Program-made: the position numbers and the translations under genes | The notes under the pieces: model-generated | Told to the model about the DNA's origin: nothing | Database searches by the model: none | What the model saw: the letters and a program-made list of their open reading frames with translations, nothing else | Shown here: one piece after another, positions 13,369 through 26,765 of the stretch | Layout: each line of letters begins with the position of its first letter | Numbering within the stretch: the stretch's first letter is position 1 | Assembly (NCBI RefSeq): GCF_006345805.1 | Contig: NC_043001.1 | Span: 10,292,001-10,356,000, forward strand | Source of the DNA: Octopus sinensis | Taxonomy: Eukaryota | DNA: 64,000 bases | Reading direction: 5' to 3'

Positions 13369-15029
13369 ATATATACAGACCATTCGGTTAAATTATTAAT
13401 CTACTACATGAGTGCAAGTTGAGTTGTTTAGCACTAATGACTGTATTGATCTCTAAAAACTCTTGTTTTAACAATTCATATGCAAATAACCTAATTTGTA
13501 AAGAAAACATTCTACCAAAGTAAGAACAGTTATAAATAGATTTAAGAATTTCTCTTTTTCTCATGGGCATTTTCTACACTTTTGGACAAGAAAACTTGAT
13601 TACCCCACAGGCAAAACAAAAGATAAACCAAAACAAAAAAAAACAATAAAAACCCAATTTCCAAATGATAAAACTGTGGCTAACTTTAAAAGTTGGCATT
13701 GGACATGAAAGGGGTCTATTCAACTGAAGAATTCATACTAAAGTATGAATAATTATTGATGCTTTCTGTAACATATTCAAACTACATAACCATACAGTTG
13801 CTGCTTTTGGATGTAAACTTAAAGCCATTGCATTATATTGAAAAAAATATTTCTGAATACAACCGTATGATTTTATTCCATAATATAACTCTATGTTCTC
13901 TACGCATTTTTTCTAGCTAATAGAATCTTTGTAGTGAAACGATTATTGGATGATTTATCAATTATAAAACTGTTTAGAATGGGATAAGAGCTGAAAGCTA
14001 AACTATATGCAACTCAGATTAAACAAGGAAAGAGGAAAAAAGTTTCAATAAATTTAGCATTTTGATTTTCATGACTATGGCCTACCTTTTCATTCAGTTT
14101 TGTTTTTTTATCGATATTATGAAATATATCTCACTCTGAGATATATTTTAAAGTAGTTGTCATTTAATTTAATAAATATACAACAACCCCAAAAAGCCAT
14201 TTATCATTGTAGGCCATCTTTTGTGTAAAATTCTATAAAATTTTAAAGATTGCATAAAACAGTTATTTTTAGAATCTTCGATTATGGTTTCTGAGGAATT
14301 TTCAAATTGTAATGGTTTTTATTTAAATAAAGAGATCTCAAGAATTTGAAAAAGAATAAATTGTTATTTTAACAGCATTTTAAATATTACTGAAAGGAAT
14401 TACATTTCTTCTCAAAATATTATGGCCTAAATTTTGATTTTCCATAATTTTGATGCATTTATTTAGATAAAAGAAACCTGATTTTTAAAGAAATGAATAT
14501 TTCTTAAATATTTTCTTTAGATAGTCAACTTTTTTGCTTTTGGTTCATTAGAGTTTATTGATAAAATAAGAATAACCAGAGATAAGTATGAGATGAATTA
14601 AAATGTTGTAGGAATATGGATGCTATGAATTTGAAATGTTTACCATTTGAAAGTTTTCCAATATTTATAGTTTCATATCTATTTGATTGATTGAAATATA
14701 AAGCTAAATAGAAACGCTTTCAAAGAAATTAGTTTCCCTTTTGTATTTGTTTTATATCATTAACCTTTTCGCTTTATAAGGGCTTCACCCATTATCTAAG
14801 CATACTTATAAAATTATGAACGTTGAGTTTCTTTTATCCACAATTTTGCATGTGACTGAGAAAGAAAGTGTCACATCTGCTGCTCAAGTGAACCTGTATG
14901 TTCGGTATGTAGTTGCTGCTCATTTAAATACATATTTTAGCAAAACTCGATTTTAAATTAATAACTTCATTGATGAAGCATTTGACGAGAAGGCGAAGGT
15001 GGTAGTAATGTATAACATTGAAGAGACCA

Positions 15030-15390
15030 GGAGGTTCCTACTACATAACTTAATGAAGGCCACTGACAAACTATGGCTGGTGCAAAGTCCCATCCAGATC
15101 TAAGGTAACCTGGTGATGGAGCAGTGTGCTACACGGAGCCATTACAGCAAAGAAACAGGTCTGGAAGAATGGTGGTAGCAGCAAACTGTATCAGGTTGTA
15201 AGAAGGGAAGCTAAGAGACAGGTATATTTAGTTAGAGGAAAAGCAGACTGGAAGAAGTTTGCCAATGTTCTATGGCATGTAGACCAGAGACTCGAGGTGT
15301 TCCAGATTCCAAGACAATGTGTCAGAGAGAATCACAATGCGTTTCCATGGATGACAGTTCACTTGCAGTTAGTGATTCTGCATGGGTTCT
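15030..15390 (+). mobile_element. RTE-clade LINE fragment (region between endonuclease and RT)
   Basis: ORF 15126-15434 (AITAKKQVWKNGGSSKLYQVVRREAKRQVYLVRGKADWKKFANVL...VFQIPRQCVREN) resembles the RTE linker. Confidence 0.7.
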
Positions 15391-15880
15391 GTCAAAGGTT
15401 CTGCAAAATTGGGCGTAACATCTTTGCTACATGATCTAAATTTATTTATAAAAATGTCTATCGGATGAGTTCACAAGTATTGCTATTATTATTATTATTA
15501 TTATTATTATTAAAGACCATTTCAATTCAGCTGAGGTTAATTTGGACTTTTCTAAGTTTGCGAAACGGTTATGTAAAACTCTGAAATCAGTGCCCAAACA
15601 ATATATAATCATGACCTGATTAAAATAATAAATTGGCTCTTCTTGTATTATATGCCTAATCAAAGTACATAACAATTCCACAATAATACAATGGTAAATT
15701 TATTTGCTCAAAGCATTTCACATATTAAAGTAATAACTAAACATCACATTTCTACATATTTCAGCTGCTTATAGTTGATGTCTTCTTTTTAAATTTTCTG
15801 AACTGATTTCAATTTTATTGTTGTATATTACTTACAGGAGAACATTTAATATAAACAAATATCATATTACATATAAAAGA

Positions 15881-15919
<39 letters not shown>

Positions 15920-17821
15920 ATATGTGTATCTACATATGAGTGTGTTTCTCTATGTGTATATGGGCAAGTCTGTGTGTGAAGCTCTGCATATTAAATTTCA
16001 ACTTTTTCTGTCTAATCTCTTAATTTTAAATGTTTACAATATACTATGAAATTCAATTAGATGATTAACAAGGGGATTAAAAAATACATCAGCTCTATTG
16101 GTTGATATCTCAAGAGTAAGGAGTGTAATTTTCTTTGTATTATAAAATGCTAAGTACAATAGCAGAGAGGTCATGATTCAGAGATTCTATGATTCTATGC
16201 TTTAGTGCAAAGCAGAGAATTAGTTTGTTTTTGTTCTCTTCAAGACAAATTATAGTGTTGTGCATTTAGTGAAATAATGTTGGTTTGTGAATAAGTGAGG
16301 AAGAGAGAGAGATCTCATTGATAAATTAAAACTGAGCTGTTCAAAACAAACTTTATGAATTAAGAGTTGTAAAATGAATGTTAGTGGAGTGATGGAGTTT
16401 ATTTCTGGATGATTCAGTCGAAAATAGTTGTGAGACGACTCTCTTAAAATTGTTAAATGTGGTTTGTGGCTGATCAGGCAAAACTCACTGGTGCTGAGGT
16501 GCCCCCACACACCCAAGTCTTTGTATACAAAGATGGTGGTGCCCCAGCATGACCACAGCTACATCACTGAAACACATAAAAGAAATAAGAGCCAGACTGT
16601 AAGTATCTATTGTGTGAAGATATTTCATGTTCTGTATTTAAGATTAGTCCTTACAGAGATTTTAAAATATTGGAAATCTTACATGCAATAATTTTCCCAT
16701 ATGTCTGGAGATGGATTATGTTTTATACATGCTCCTTGCTTTCCTGTATTATCACCAATTTGAATATATTATGCTTTCAGGTTTGTTATTAACTACATTT
16801 TACACATTGATTTCCAATAAGTCAAGACAATTGCTGTGACCCTTTGCTAGGCATTTTAGCATTTTAGGTTTTAATAACATCTGGGAAAGGACTGAGATGA
16901 CAATTAATATTCGAATTTTACTTATAGTGAACAATATACAAAATTTATCTGTTTCATCATGATAATTGATATTTCATAATGTATACTTTTGAATGGTTAA
17001 GTTGTTTGCATATGTACTTTATCTCATTCACATTTGATTAATACTTCATGTTCTGACGAATGATGGGAGTAAATAAATTCTCAGAAAATATTTCAATAAA
17101 TTCAATGAAGTAACCTTCAAAATGTTCTCTAAGAAACATATTTGTGCAACTTAATATTTAGATCTGAAAGGCAAGGGAAACTGTATTGTAAGGAATCCAC
17201 TTTATGCTCTTAGAAAAAGTAAACCTGATTTGTTTAGTTCACAGGTTTGTAATTAGAAAATACTTCAATATTTTTCTGGTCTAACATTTTAAATGTCAGC
17301 TCTAATCAGATTTTTGTTGCAGTTTTACTTCTCAACATTATTTTTTTGATTTTCTTTCATATCCATCTTCAATCAATTTATTTTAAATGTCACACATGAA
17401 TATACAAATGAACTTTGAATGAGCAATGGATTTGAAATGAATTCAGCTACTTTCAAAACAAACCTTCCTTTTTCTCGTACTGTTTCACAATATATTTGTC
17501 ACCTTTATGTGTGTGTACTGAAATATCTACTTGAAACAGAAAATATATCTAACTGTACAATGTGTTCCTGTGTCTATGTGCATATAAGGTGTCGGACTAA
17601 ATAATGAATACGCACCCTGTTAAATAGAAGTTTTATTATTTAATATAGAAACAATCACAGATTTAATGTGCTGTTTAAAGATTGACTTGTACAGGTTCTG
17701 AACAGTTGTCAGGGGAAATTTGAGCTTCCATGTTGGTGACACTCGCAACTATCATGTGATGTCAAAAGCAAGAAGGCAGTAACACACACACACACATACA
17801 CACTGGGCTTCTTTCAGTTTC

Positions 17822-18054
17822 TTATTTCTTTATTGCCCACAAGGGGCTAAACATAGAGGGGACAAACAAGGACAGACAAAGGGATTAAGTCAATTACTTT
17901 GACCCCAGTGCATAACTAGTACTTATTTAATCAACTCCGAAAGGATGAAAGGCAAAGTTGACCTCGGCAGAATTTGAACTCAGAACATAATGGCAGACAA
18001 AATACCAAGAAGCATTTTGCCCAATGTGCTAACAATTCTGCCAGATCACTGCCC
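17822..18054 (-). mobile_element. SINE family C
   Basis: Matches the other C copies. Confidence 0.85.
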
Positions 18055-18070
18055 TACACATACCATATAT

Positions 18071-18285
18071 TATTTTCTACTCTAGGCACAAGGCCCAAAA
18101 TTTTGGTGGAAGGGGCCAGTCGATTAGATTGATTTTAGTACGCAACTGGTACTTAATTTATCGACCCCAAAAGGATGAAAGGCAAAGTTGACCTCAGCGG
18201 AATTTGAACTCAGAATGTAAAGGCAGACAAAAAAACCACTAAGCATTTCGCCCGACATGCTAACATTTCTGCCAGCTTGCCGCCT
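18071..18285 (-). mobile_element. SINE family C, alternative 3' tail
   Basis: C head and body, but the tail (GGCCTTGTGCCTAGAGTAGAAA) is shared with 54266-54472. Confidence 0.8.
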
Positions 18286-18589
18286 TATATTAATCAACAA
18301 ATGGCTATGAAGGGCAGGTTAATCTTGTCACTAACGACTATGTATCTGTAGTTGTAATACTGAAGTCAAACGAAATGATGATATTTTGGAATCATGTAAT
18401 ACATACAATTCAGTTTTGAATAATAGACATTAGGAAATGCATCCATTAGGTAAACCTTCCTCAGTCAAGGCATTTCAAAGATATAAAGAAATTGATGGCA
18501 AAATGTCAATATATATATGTGGTTAGAACAGTAAGGAGGTTAGAAGGATAGATCTGTATACAGAGGGGGGAATTTGTACATATGTGCAC

Positions 18590-18722
18590 GTATGTCTGTA
18601 TATAGGTGTGTGTGTGTGGTATGTGCGTATGTATGTGTGGTATGTGTGCACATCTGTATGTGTGCATGTATGTATGTGTGCATATCTGTATGTGTGCATG
18701 TATGTATGTGTGCACATCTGTA
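18590..18722. repeat. TG/TATG-derived minisatellite (about 30-bp units)
   Basis: Repeated TGTGCATGTATGTATGTGTGCA(C/T)ATCTGTA. Confidence 0.8.
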
Positions 18723-19794
18723 TCTTTTATTACACTATGACATGTTGAGTGCTTAGTACAGAGCACTTCATTTTAACAGTAAAGTAATGAAAACTTTTTT
18801 TGCTAAAGAAGTGTATTTTCACATTTATTAAAGAAAAGAAATTTGGCACTGTTCAATATGGTTGCTAATGTTCTTTGTTTCTGATTTTTTTTTGATTTTT
18901 TTTTGTTTTCACTGAGGAATTGAATGATTCTTTTTCATCCAAGTCAAATACAGATTGGATAAAATAATGTATACTGATATTTTTTTTTTTCTTTTCAAAT
19001 TTTCATTTCATCATACCAATTTACTTGAAAGTATTCTATAACAGTCCAAGCAAAAGTAGTTATAGTACCACTGACACATTTTTGTTTAAATACGTGTGAA
19101 ATTAGGTTCTTAAGATTTTAATCATAATAATTATCATTGTTTATACAAAATCTTCAAACCTTAATTGATCACTGCTGAATGTTTTTTTTTGAGAATATAA
19201 TAATAATAAACAGAAAAGAAAAACAACTGCAAAATGTTTTCATATCAATTTTTAATATTACATTCAGAGAGCTAACATTTATTACAAGTAACATTTCGAG
19301 AGCATTATGATGCTGAAGTAAAGAATGTATTGTAAGACTCACTTGTAAGCAAAGCTGCAGTTTTATTCACTAAATATAGATTCCATTAGATCACTGACCG
19401 CTGTGACATTCTACATTCATTGTTTTCATGGTGTCTTTAAATAGTTGAGTCTAAGTTATCTTCCAATTTTCTTCCTCATTCCATCCAGTCTACCCTCGTT
19501 TGATCACAATCTAACATCGAAGCTAAGCCGTTTCACTATTACCAACTTTTAATTATTTATTCTCCTCCTCCTGCCATGCTGCTTCTATTTTTCGCTTGTA
19601 CATGTCATATCTAGAGATGTTAATTTTCAACCTAAATCACAATTACTTATTGTTCAAATTTATGTTTAATATTCTATAAATACTCGTATTTCTCATCTGC
19701 TAATGCAACCTTCGTGTTTTTACAGTCTATATATCACTGCCATAGAGTTGTACATTTTTGGACTTTTTGTGTTAGAACCGATGACTTGTGGGGG

Positions 19795-20343
19795 GAAAAG
19801 AGCACGAGTGTGATCATTGACCGAGCGGCTAACCGGCTTCCATGCCAGTGGCACATAAAAGGCACCATTTGACTATGATTATTACCAGCACCGCCTTACT
19901 GGCACTTGTGCCCATGCTAGTAGGGTGCCAAGAGCACCATCCGAGCGTGATCATTGCCAGAGAGCACCATCCGAGCGTGATCATTGCCAGAGTGGCCTAC
20001 TGGCTTCCATGCTGGTGGCACGTAAAAGGGCACCATTCAAGCGTGAACGTTACCAACATCGCCTTACTGACGCCTGTGCCGGTGGCATGTGTAAAAAGAT
20101 TCAAGTGAGGTCATTGCCAGTACTGCATGACTGGCACCTGTGCCGGTGGCACGTAAAAAGCACTCACTACACTCTCAGAGTGGTTGGCGTTAGGAAGGGC
20201 ATCCAGCTGTAGAAACTCTGCCAGATCAAGATTGAAGCCTGGTGCGGCCATCTGGTTCACCAGCCCCCAGTCAAAATCGTCCAACCGATGCTAGCATGGA
20301 AAGCGGACGTTAAATGATGATGATAATGATGATGATGATGATG
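19795..20343 (+). mobile_element. Family B repeat, long copy
   Basis: Several subrepeats, an internal tandem duplication of about 30 bp at 19931-19991, and a (GAT)n tail. Confidence 0.9.
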
Positions 20344-21187
20344 AAAAACAAGCAGCATTTATCTAAACTTCTTTAATGCAGAGGCATTATTAAATAGTTA
20401 AATTAGTGTTAACATATTTAGATGCATGGAACATTCAGAGACTCTCTAGAAATATGTGAAGAAGGAAGGGATCAGTGAATGACTAATATTTTAATTTTTT
20501 TGTAGCAAAAAACAGGAACCAAACCCGAACATGTTTTTTTGTCTTCTGACATCAACAACATTTACCGAAGTGATGAAAGAATTACTAGATAAATGTACAT
20601 GAGTGCACACTTATCATAAATTTGCAATTGTTTAGAAATGAAAATATCTTAAATAGTTTATCTGTGATATCACTGACCTGACTGCAACGAAATGTTTCCA
20701 ATGCAACACATACACAGCTCCAGGTTATTTTGCACATTAGAAATTATAATAGCTTTTGATTTAATATGCTAGCTATCCTCATCATTTTTTTAATGTTTTT
20801 TTTCAAAATGATTGTAAAATAGAAATTGAATAATAGTATAATTGTTATTGTATTTATTACATGACTATGTTTCACTAATATTGTGTAACTTGTTTTAAAA
20901 AGATGGTTGCCAATTACACTTGACAGGTGTTATATGATCTTTGCACTGTTTTATATTTTCTGCTTTGGATATTGTGTTTTTCAATGGAATTCAAGACAGA
21001 CCTAGCTTATTAACTTATTATCATCATCATCATCACCAACAGCATTATTTTATTCTCTATTTTTACTTACTGACCTTGCGAACGTTTCTACAACTATGTA
21101 GGACTTGTTTCATTCTTTTTTCATTCTTGACTATTATATATGGTTTTTAGAATCACCACTTCCTGTGCTAGTTTGGTTACTTGATTA

Positions 21188-21385
21188 CATCATCATCATC
21201 ATCATCATCGTTTAACGTCCGTTATCCATGCTAGCATGGGTTGGACGGTTCGACCGGGGATCTGGGAAGCCAGAAGGCTGCACCAGGCTCCGGTCTTATC
21301 TGGCAATGTTTCTACAGCTGGATGCCCTTCCTAATGCCAACCACTCCGTGAGTGTAGTGGGTGCTTTTTATGTGCCACCTGCACT
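21188..21385 (-). mobile_element. Family B / RTE-type 3' end (198 bp), fused to U6
   Basis: (CAT)7 on plus, then the B 3' block; truncated directly at the U6 oligo-T end. Confidence 0.9.
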
Positions 21386-21480
21386 AAAAAATATATGGAA
21401 CGCTTCACGAATTTGCGTGTCATCCTTGTGCAGGGGCCATGCTAATCTTCTCTGTATCATTCCAATTTTAGAATATGTAC
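21386..21480 (-). pseudogene. U6: U6 snRNA retrocopy (about nt 16 to the 3' end)
   Basis: Minus strand GTACATATTCTAAAATTGGAATGATACAGAGAAGATTAGCATGGCCCCTGCACAAGGATGACACGCAAATTCGTGAAGCGTTCCATATATTTTTT. The ACAGAGA box is intact, there are two CpG-type transitions, and the 5' stem-loop is missing or diverged. Confidence 0.93.
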
Positions 21481-22204
21481 CACCGTTGCTATTTTCTAAT
21501 TCTAGTGAACCATATGTGCAATTTGTAATCTAGTCTGTTTACTTAGTGCATAAGTCTCCACTTTTATTATCTTCCACTGAGTCTGTAGTATTGAATTCCT
21601 AGTAGTGACTATTTTCATCATGAGTAAAAACCAGTTACCAGAGTGCGCTAGCTGTTGATACTCTTCCCTTTAATGAAGACACTCTAGGTTTCATAATATT
21701 TTTCAGTTAAGCCTTTTGTCTGTGGTTAACTGTTGTAAGTTTGAAATTTTCTTCCCATCTTCAATAGAATCTATAATGGTACATATTCATCAAGAAGAGG
21801 CAGTCCTAAACTTTTTATGACTATAATGATTAAATACTGAACACCAGGCTCCATTCAAAATTAATCTCTGAAATCACTGCAAATCTCAAACTTACATATA
21901 AACATGTATATACATTGTAACTACGACTATCATGAATAATTTATCATCTAACCAATTACAAAGCTGCAAACTCTGTCAAACCTTGTTTGAGGGTTGTAAA
22001 TTATGAATGTATAACAGAAATATTGGTTTCGACTTTGGGATGACTTTCTTTCCAAACAAACTATATTTCAAATAATTGTGCATTGAAAAAACATTTTAGA
22101 CAAAATAATTTTTCAGAATTGAATGCATTTTTACGTATTAATCATAACTATAGGGTCAACTCTTCTGTGAAACGGTTGTAAGATGCTTTAAATAAGACAT
22201 ATTT

Positions 22205-22490
22205 ACAAAGTCAGAAAACAGCACAGCTCCCATGACTTTCGGAAACATTTTTTCATGCTAAGAGTTGCTGAAGCATGGAACAAACTGCCGGCATCAGTTG
22301 TTAGTTGTCGGAGCACTGCATCCTTCAAAACTTCCATGCTTTCTGAGATTCGCCAACACTACACCTGATTTTCTCCCCTCCATACACACACAAGCATGTA
22401 TCGCTTTACATTACTGCATATGCTTTATATGCACTTTCTGACAAGTTGTGGTGCACACAAGCACTGTATACAATAATTTCATTATTATTT
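22205..22490 (+). mobile_element. CR1-type LINE 3' end
   Basis: RKHFFMLRVAEAWNKLPASVVSCRSTASFK, then 3' UTR and (ATT)n; homologous to 53912-54262. Confidence 0.85.
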
Positions 22491-22686
22491 TATATTATAA
22501 TTAATTCAAAACTTTTAAACTATCAAATTTATTTATATATACATTATATTTATATATATACATATTTACATATATCTTTATATATATTTATATTTATTTA
22601 TTTATATATATTTTTAATATAATAAGTACTTTCATACGGGTATATTTTTATGATGAGTTTGGATATTAATTTCCTTATATTAATAA

Positions 22687-23082
22687 CTAGCAGTATCGCC
22701 CGGCGTTGCTCGGGTTTGTAAGGGAAATAACTATATAAGCATTTTTAGAGAGTTATAGCCAAAAAATAGCAAAAAAATGCATTAAAAATGGAAAAAAAAT
22801 GATGGTAAACTTTTTTAAAAATCGCTGACTCATCGTAGACATTTTTAGAGAGTTACTTCCCTTATATAATAGAGAAAAATGCATTAAAATGGAAAAAAAT
22901 TATGGTAAATTTTTTTTTAATCGTAGGCTCATTGTAGACGCACGCTAATACCCAGAAGGGCTCGATATGAATCACGATTATAAGATACCCGGTTTTGGTT
23001 AAACTGCACCGCAAAATGTGGGAGTAGTTAGGAATCTAAATCGTAGGAGACAGACACACAACTTGACTTTTATATATAAAGA
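22687..23082 (-). mobile_element. Non-autonomous Helitron
   Basis: Minus strand: A|TC 5' end, subterminal hairpin CCCGAGCAACGCCGGG, and CTAG|T 3' end. Confidence 0.85.
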
Positions 23083-23415
23083 TAATAATATATTATTAAA
23101 AAATATATGTTAATCATAACTATGAAATGATACATTTTTACATTTATTTATATCTTTCAGTTCTATGTGCTTATTACTTTAAAATCTGTATGCTGTATCA
23201 ATGATATTTACTGAGGATTGTCTGCTATGAAACCCTAGTTCATACTTTGTTACAAATTATGCATCATACAATCAAACATTTGCAATGCACACTTTTAAAC
23301 AGTGATATCAACCTTTAATACCTAACTACTTTATAAATTGGATCATACCTGGGCTGTTTCTCATTTCCACTTCTGACAAATCATAATGAATTCCTTTCTC
23401 AGGTAGTGAAACTCT

Positions 23416-23481
<66 letters not shown>

Positions 23482-26239
23482 AATAATGCCAAAATTTTAA
23501 CTGACACTTAATTACTTTTGGAAAGAACATTATTTTCAAAATGATTCTTCTGGTTCAATCTAACATATTGCTTTTTATACTTTAATGCTCAATTTTCTTG
23601 CATGCAGCAGTGGAATGAAATCTGAAAATGGATTTTTGATGAGCTTTAATATCCACTCTGGAAAATCTTAAAAAAGGGGTTAAAAATACTATTTTATTCT
23701 AACTTAGCTTTGAGGAATTTCATTACATCATCCCTCTTGGCTGCACCAAGTTCACAATTCTACTGGTAATTTTAATGTTGCTTACAAACAAGGATAAAAC
23801 ATGTAATTATTTATGCTAACACTTCCCTGATAGGTAACTGTTCAACTGAATAATTAACAAAAAAATTTATATATTGCAGTATATACAAAATAAATGCATG
23901 GAATTTACATACAAGAAAGTTTTATATTTACTTAAATCTCTCTCATTCTCTCTCTCTTTCTCTCTCGTGTGTGTGTAACTTATATAAACGTGTGCACACA
24001 CACACACACACACACTAGAGGAAGAGAAGCATTTAATGGAAAGTCAAAAAACAGATTTTTTTTTAGTTTATTGAATGTCAAAATGCAAATTTAATTGCTG
24101 TGTTTTGTAGTAGCTTTTTGCAATTTAATGCAGCATTTCTAAAGAACTGCTTGGTGCACTTAGCTCAAAGAATTCCATGCTTCAGTCAACACTCTGCATT
24201 ACATTTTTTATCCTTAAAACTACGGAATTATAATTGAAAATTATAGTATTTTAAATTCTGCTGTAAATCTAACAGTCCATAATGTCAAGTTATTTACTTT
24301 CTTATTTTTAATTTTTGGATTTTTTAAAAACATTTTGGCTGACTTTTTACTTCCATACTTGAAATGTGAATTAGAAGTTCAATGTATTCGATCATGGACA
24401 AGTTGTATACGCTTATGTATATAATTTAGTATCTGTGTACGAATATGTGTATACATTTAATCACGTGTGTTAGTATTTATTTCACTTTCAGTGTAAAATT
24501 GATGTGAAAATGAATGTTTAGAAGTTGATTGGGTATGTATATAAATTAATCAGGCAATTCTTGTCTGTTACAACATTGACGAACAAAATATGAATTTTAA
24601 TAAAAGGAATTTCTAGATAAGTTATATTTACCTAATCGGTTCACATTTTTCTAAGAATATCTTAAGTGTTAGTTTAGATCACGATTTTTCATCAACCCAG
24701 TCCATAAGTGGAGATATCATTGTGTGGATAAATTGATTCTTGCATTTTGGTGAAAGGTACATTTGAACTTGTTCGTGCGTTGTCAATAGAATCGTTTAGT
24801 TTATGCCCTGAATTAGCTTTCCTTGTACTCTCTCTTCTGCCTTACCCATTAGCACTTGTTTTTGAGGAAGACATACAAACAATTGACAATCACTCACTTT
24901 GCAGTATAAACAATATTGTAAGTTTTACATAGAAACAGATCATAACTTTGTTGCTTCAATATACATCTTCAAAATGTCACCATTCCAATTATAGTTGAAG
25001 CATTTATTATACATGTCTTCATCTTTCACACACTTGAGTGTTTGTTGTTTATTGATTGTTATTGAAGAAATACGGATGCGTTTTGCACCTTAGATGATTC
25101 TATGGATTTCATTTATTATTTTCTTTTTATAAGTCTTTTTCTCATTATTTTTCATTGAAACATCTCTGTTGGTATTCCATCTATAAAAGCATAATGCCCC
25201 CTTCAAGATTGTTCTAATGATGATTAATGATAAATTTTAGAATGAAGAGCAAATGCGAAGTAAATAAGTATCTTGTATTGACTACAAAAAATGTATGCAC
25301 AATTGAAACCGAGGGAAGCACAAAAGGTAAAGGTGAGATCTGGGCAGAGGATGTTGGGCTTTACACATAAGATGATATGATAGCAAAGAATGACGATGAT
25401 ATGTTGCAATACAGAATATGCCAAACTCTGCCAGAAATGAAAAACAGGCATTAAAATGGAGATGATGATAGCATTTGCTCAGTGACTTAGCTGTACATAA
25501 TAGCTTGAAGCACTCTTAGATATTTGTCGAATTTAGTCACTACATATAATTCCTCTTGTTTCAGGCCACAGTATTAAGAGCTTTATTTTTCTGATATCCA
25601 TCTCATACAATAATATTCCATATAATGCTACGCATGGGCACATGTGTTTACCTGGGTGGCTGCACTTCTACCACAATACACTACAATTTAAATAGCTTGT
25701 ATTAAATATTTGTCTTGTTACATCTCTACTCTATGGTGTAAACACCTTTGCCAGTGATGGTGAAACATTTACATCACATTGACAATTAGGTAAGAAATTT
25801 AGAAATGCCAAACATTTTATTTTTTCTATTATTAACACTAATGTGTAGAATTGCATAATCATCTTAACTATAGTAATGTCCATTAGTGAGTATTTTCCTT
25901 GTATTGTAGGTGGAATGGATCATAGCCTCAGAGTTTTCTTACTGAATGTGAAGGCTTTCATAGAAGATTAGTGAATACCTGCTTGTGAAGGAAACTTGTT
26001 ACTTATTGGAAACTTTCTTATGGTACTTTTATGGAGCTTAAATGGTTCTTAGAGACTGTTAATCTACTTTGCGTCCCTTGTATTGTTCAGGTTACAGTGT
26101 ACAGGATCATGTCAAATGTATTATTGTAAATTTGCTTTTCTTTAAATGAGCATTTTTCTCTCCTTAACTGAGAACTTCTTTTAGCAGCCTCCCTAGATAT
26201 TTAACTTATTGCTTCATATCCCAACACAAACCTAAACTA

Positions 26240-26494
26240 CATCATCATCATCGTTTAACGTCTGTTTTCCATGCTAGCATGGGTTGGATGGTTTGACCGG
26301 GGTCTGGGAAGCCAGGAGGCTGCACCAGGCTCCAATCTGATCTGGCAAGCTTTCTACAGCTGGATGCCCTTCCTAATGATCTTTGCACTGTTTTATATTA
26401 GTGGGGTGCTTTTTATATGCCACTGGCACAGGTGTCATGGAAGGCTGGCAACAGCCACGATCAGTTGGTGCTTTTTACGTGCCACCAGCACAGA
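26240..26494 (-). mobile_element. Family B repeat
   Basis: (CAT)n tail and B block. Confidence 0.8.
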
Positions 26495-26765
26495 AAACTT
26501 AAACTAATTTTGTATCTTGTGAAAACTGAGAATTACTTTTAGTGTCTAGTTAACTAATTTGAAGACTCACTAACTGCTCCATTCCTACTTGTGTCATATG
26601 CATATTTAACTGTTTACAGTAGTATTGCAACTGCAGCTGTTAGAGATAACCTTCCTATACCACCTGATTAACATAACTCATGACTGGCAAAGCACCAACA
26701 TAGCTACTGAGATGCTGGAAAACTATGCTTGTTAGATAAGCATTTCTCAGCATTAATTGCCTAAA

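Noticed and set aside
21481-21560. Possible functional U6 gene with promoter
   Set aside because: No intact 5' stem-loop, no clear TATA/PSE upstream, CpG-type substitutions, and fusion to a retroelement tail.
24650-25100. Protein-like minus-strand stretches (e.g. LKCVKDEDMYNKCFNYNWNGDILK)
   Set aside because: Interrupted by stops, with no family motif I can name; possibly an old transposon.
25896-25960. GGMDHSLRV peptide after an AG, reminiscent of a WD40 repeat of EED
   Set aside because: Short, ends in a stop, lies on the opposite strand to the host exon, and has no supporting exons.
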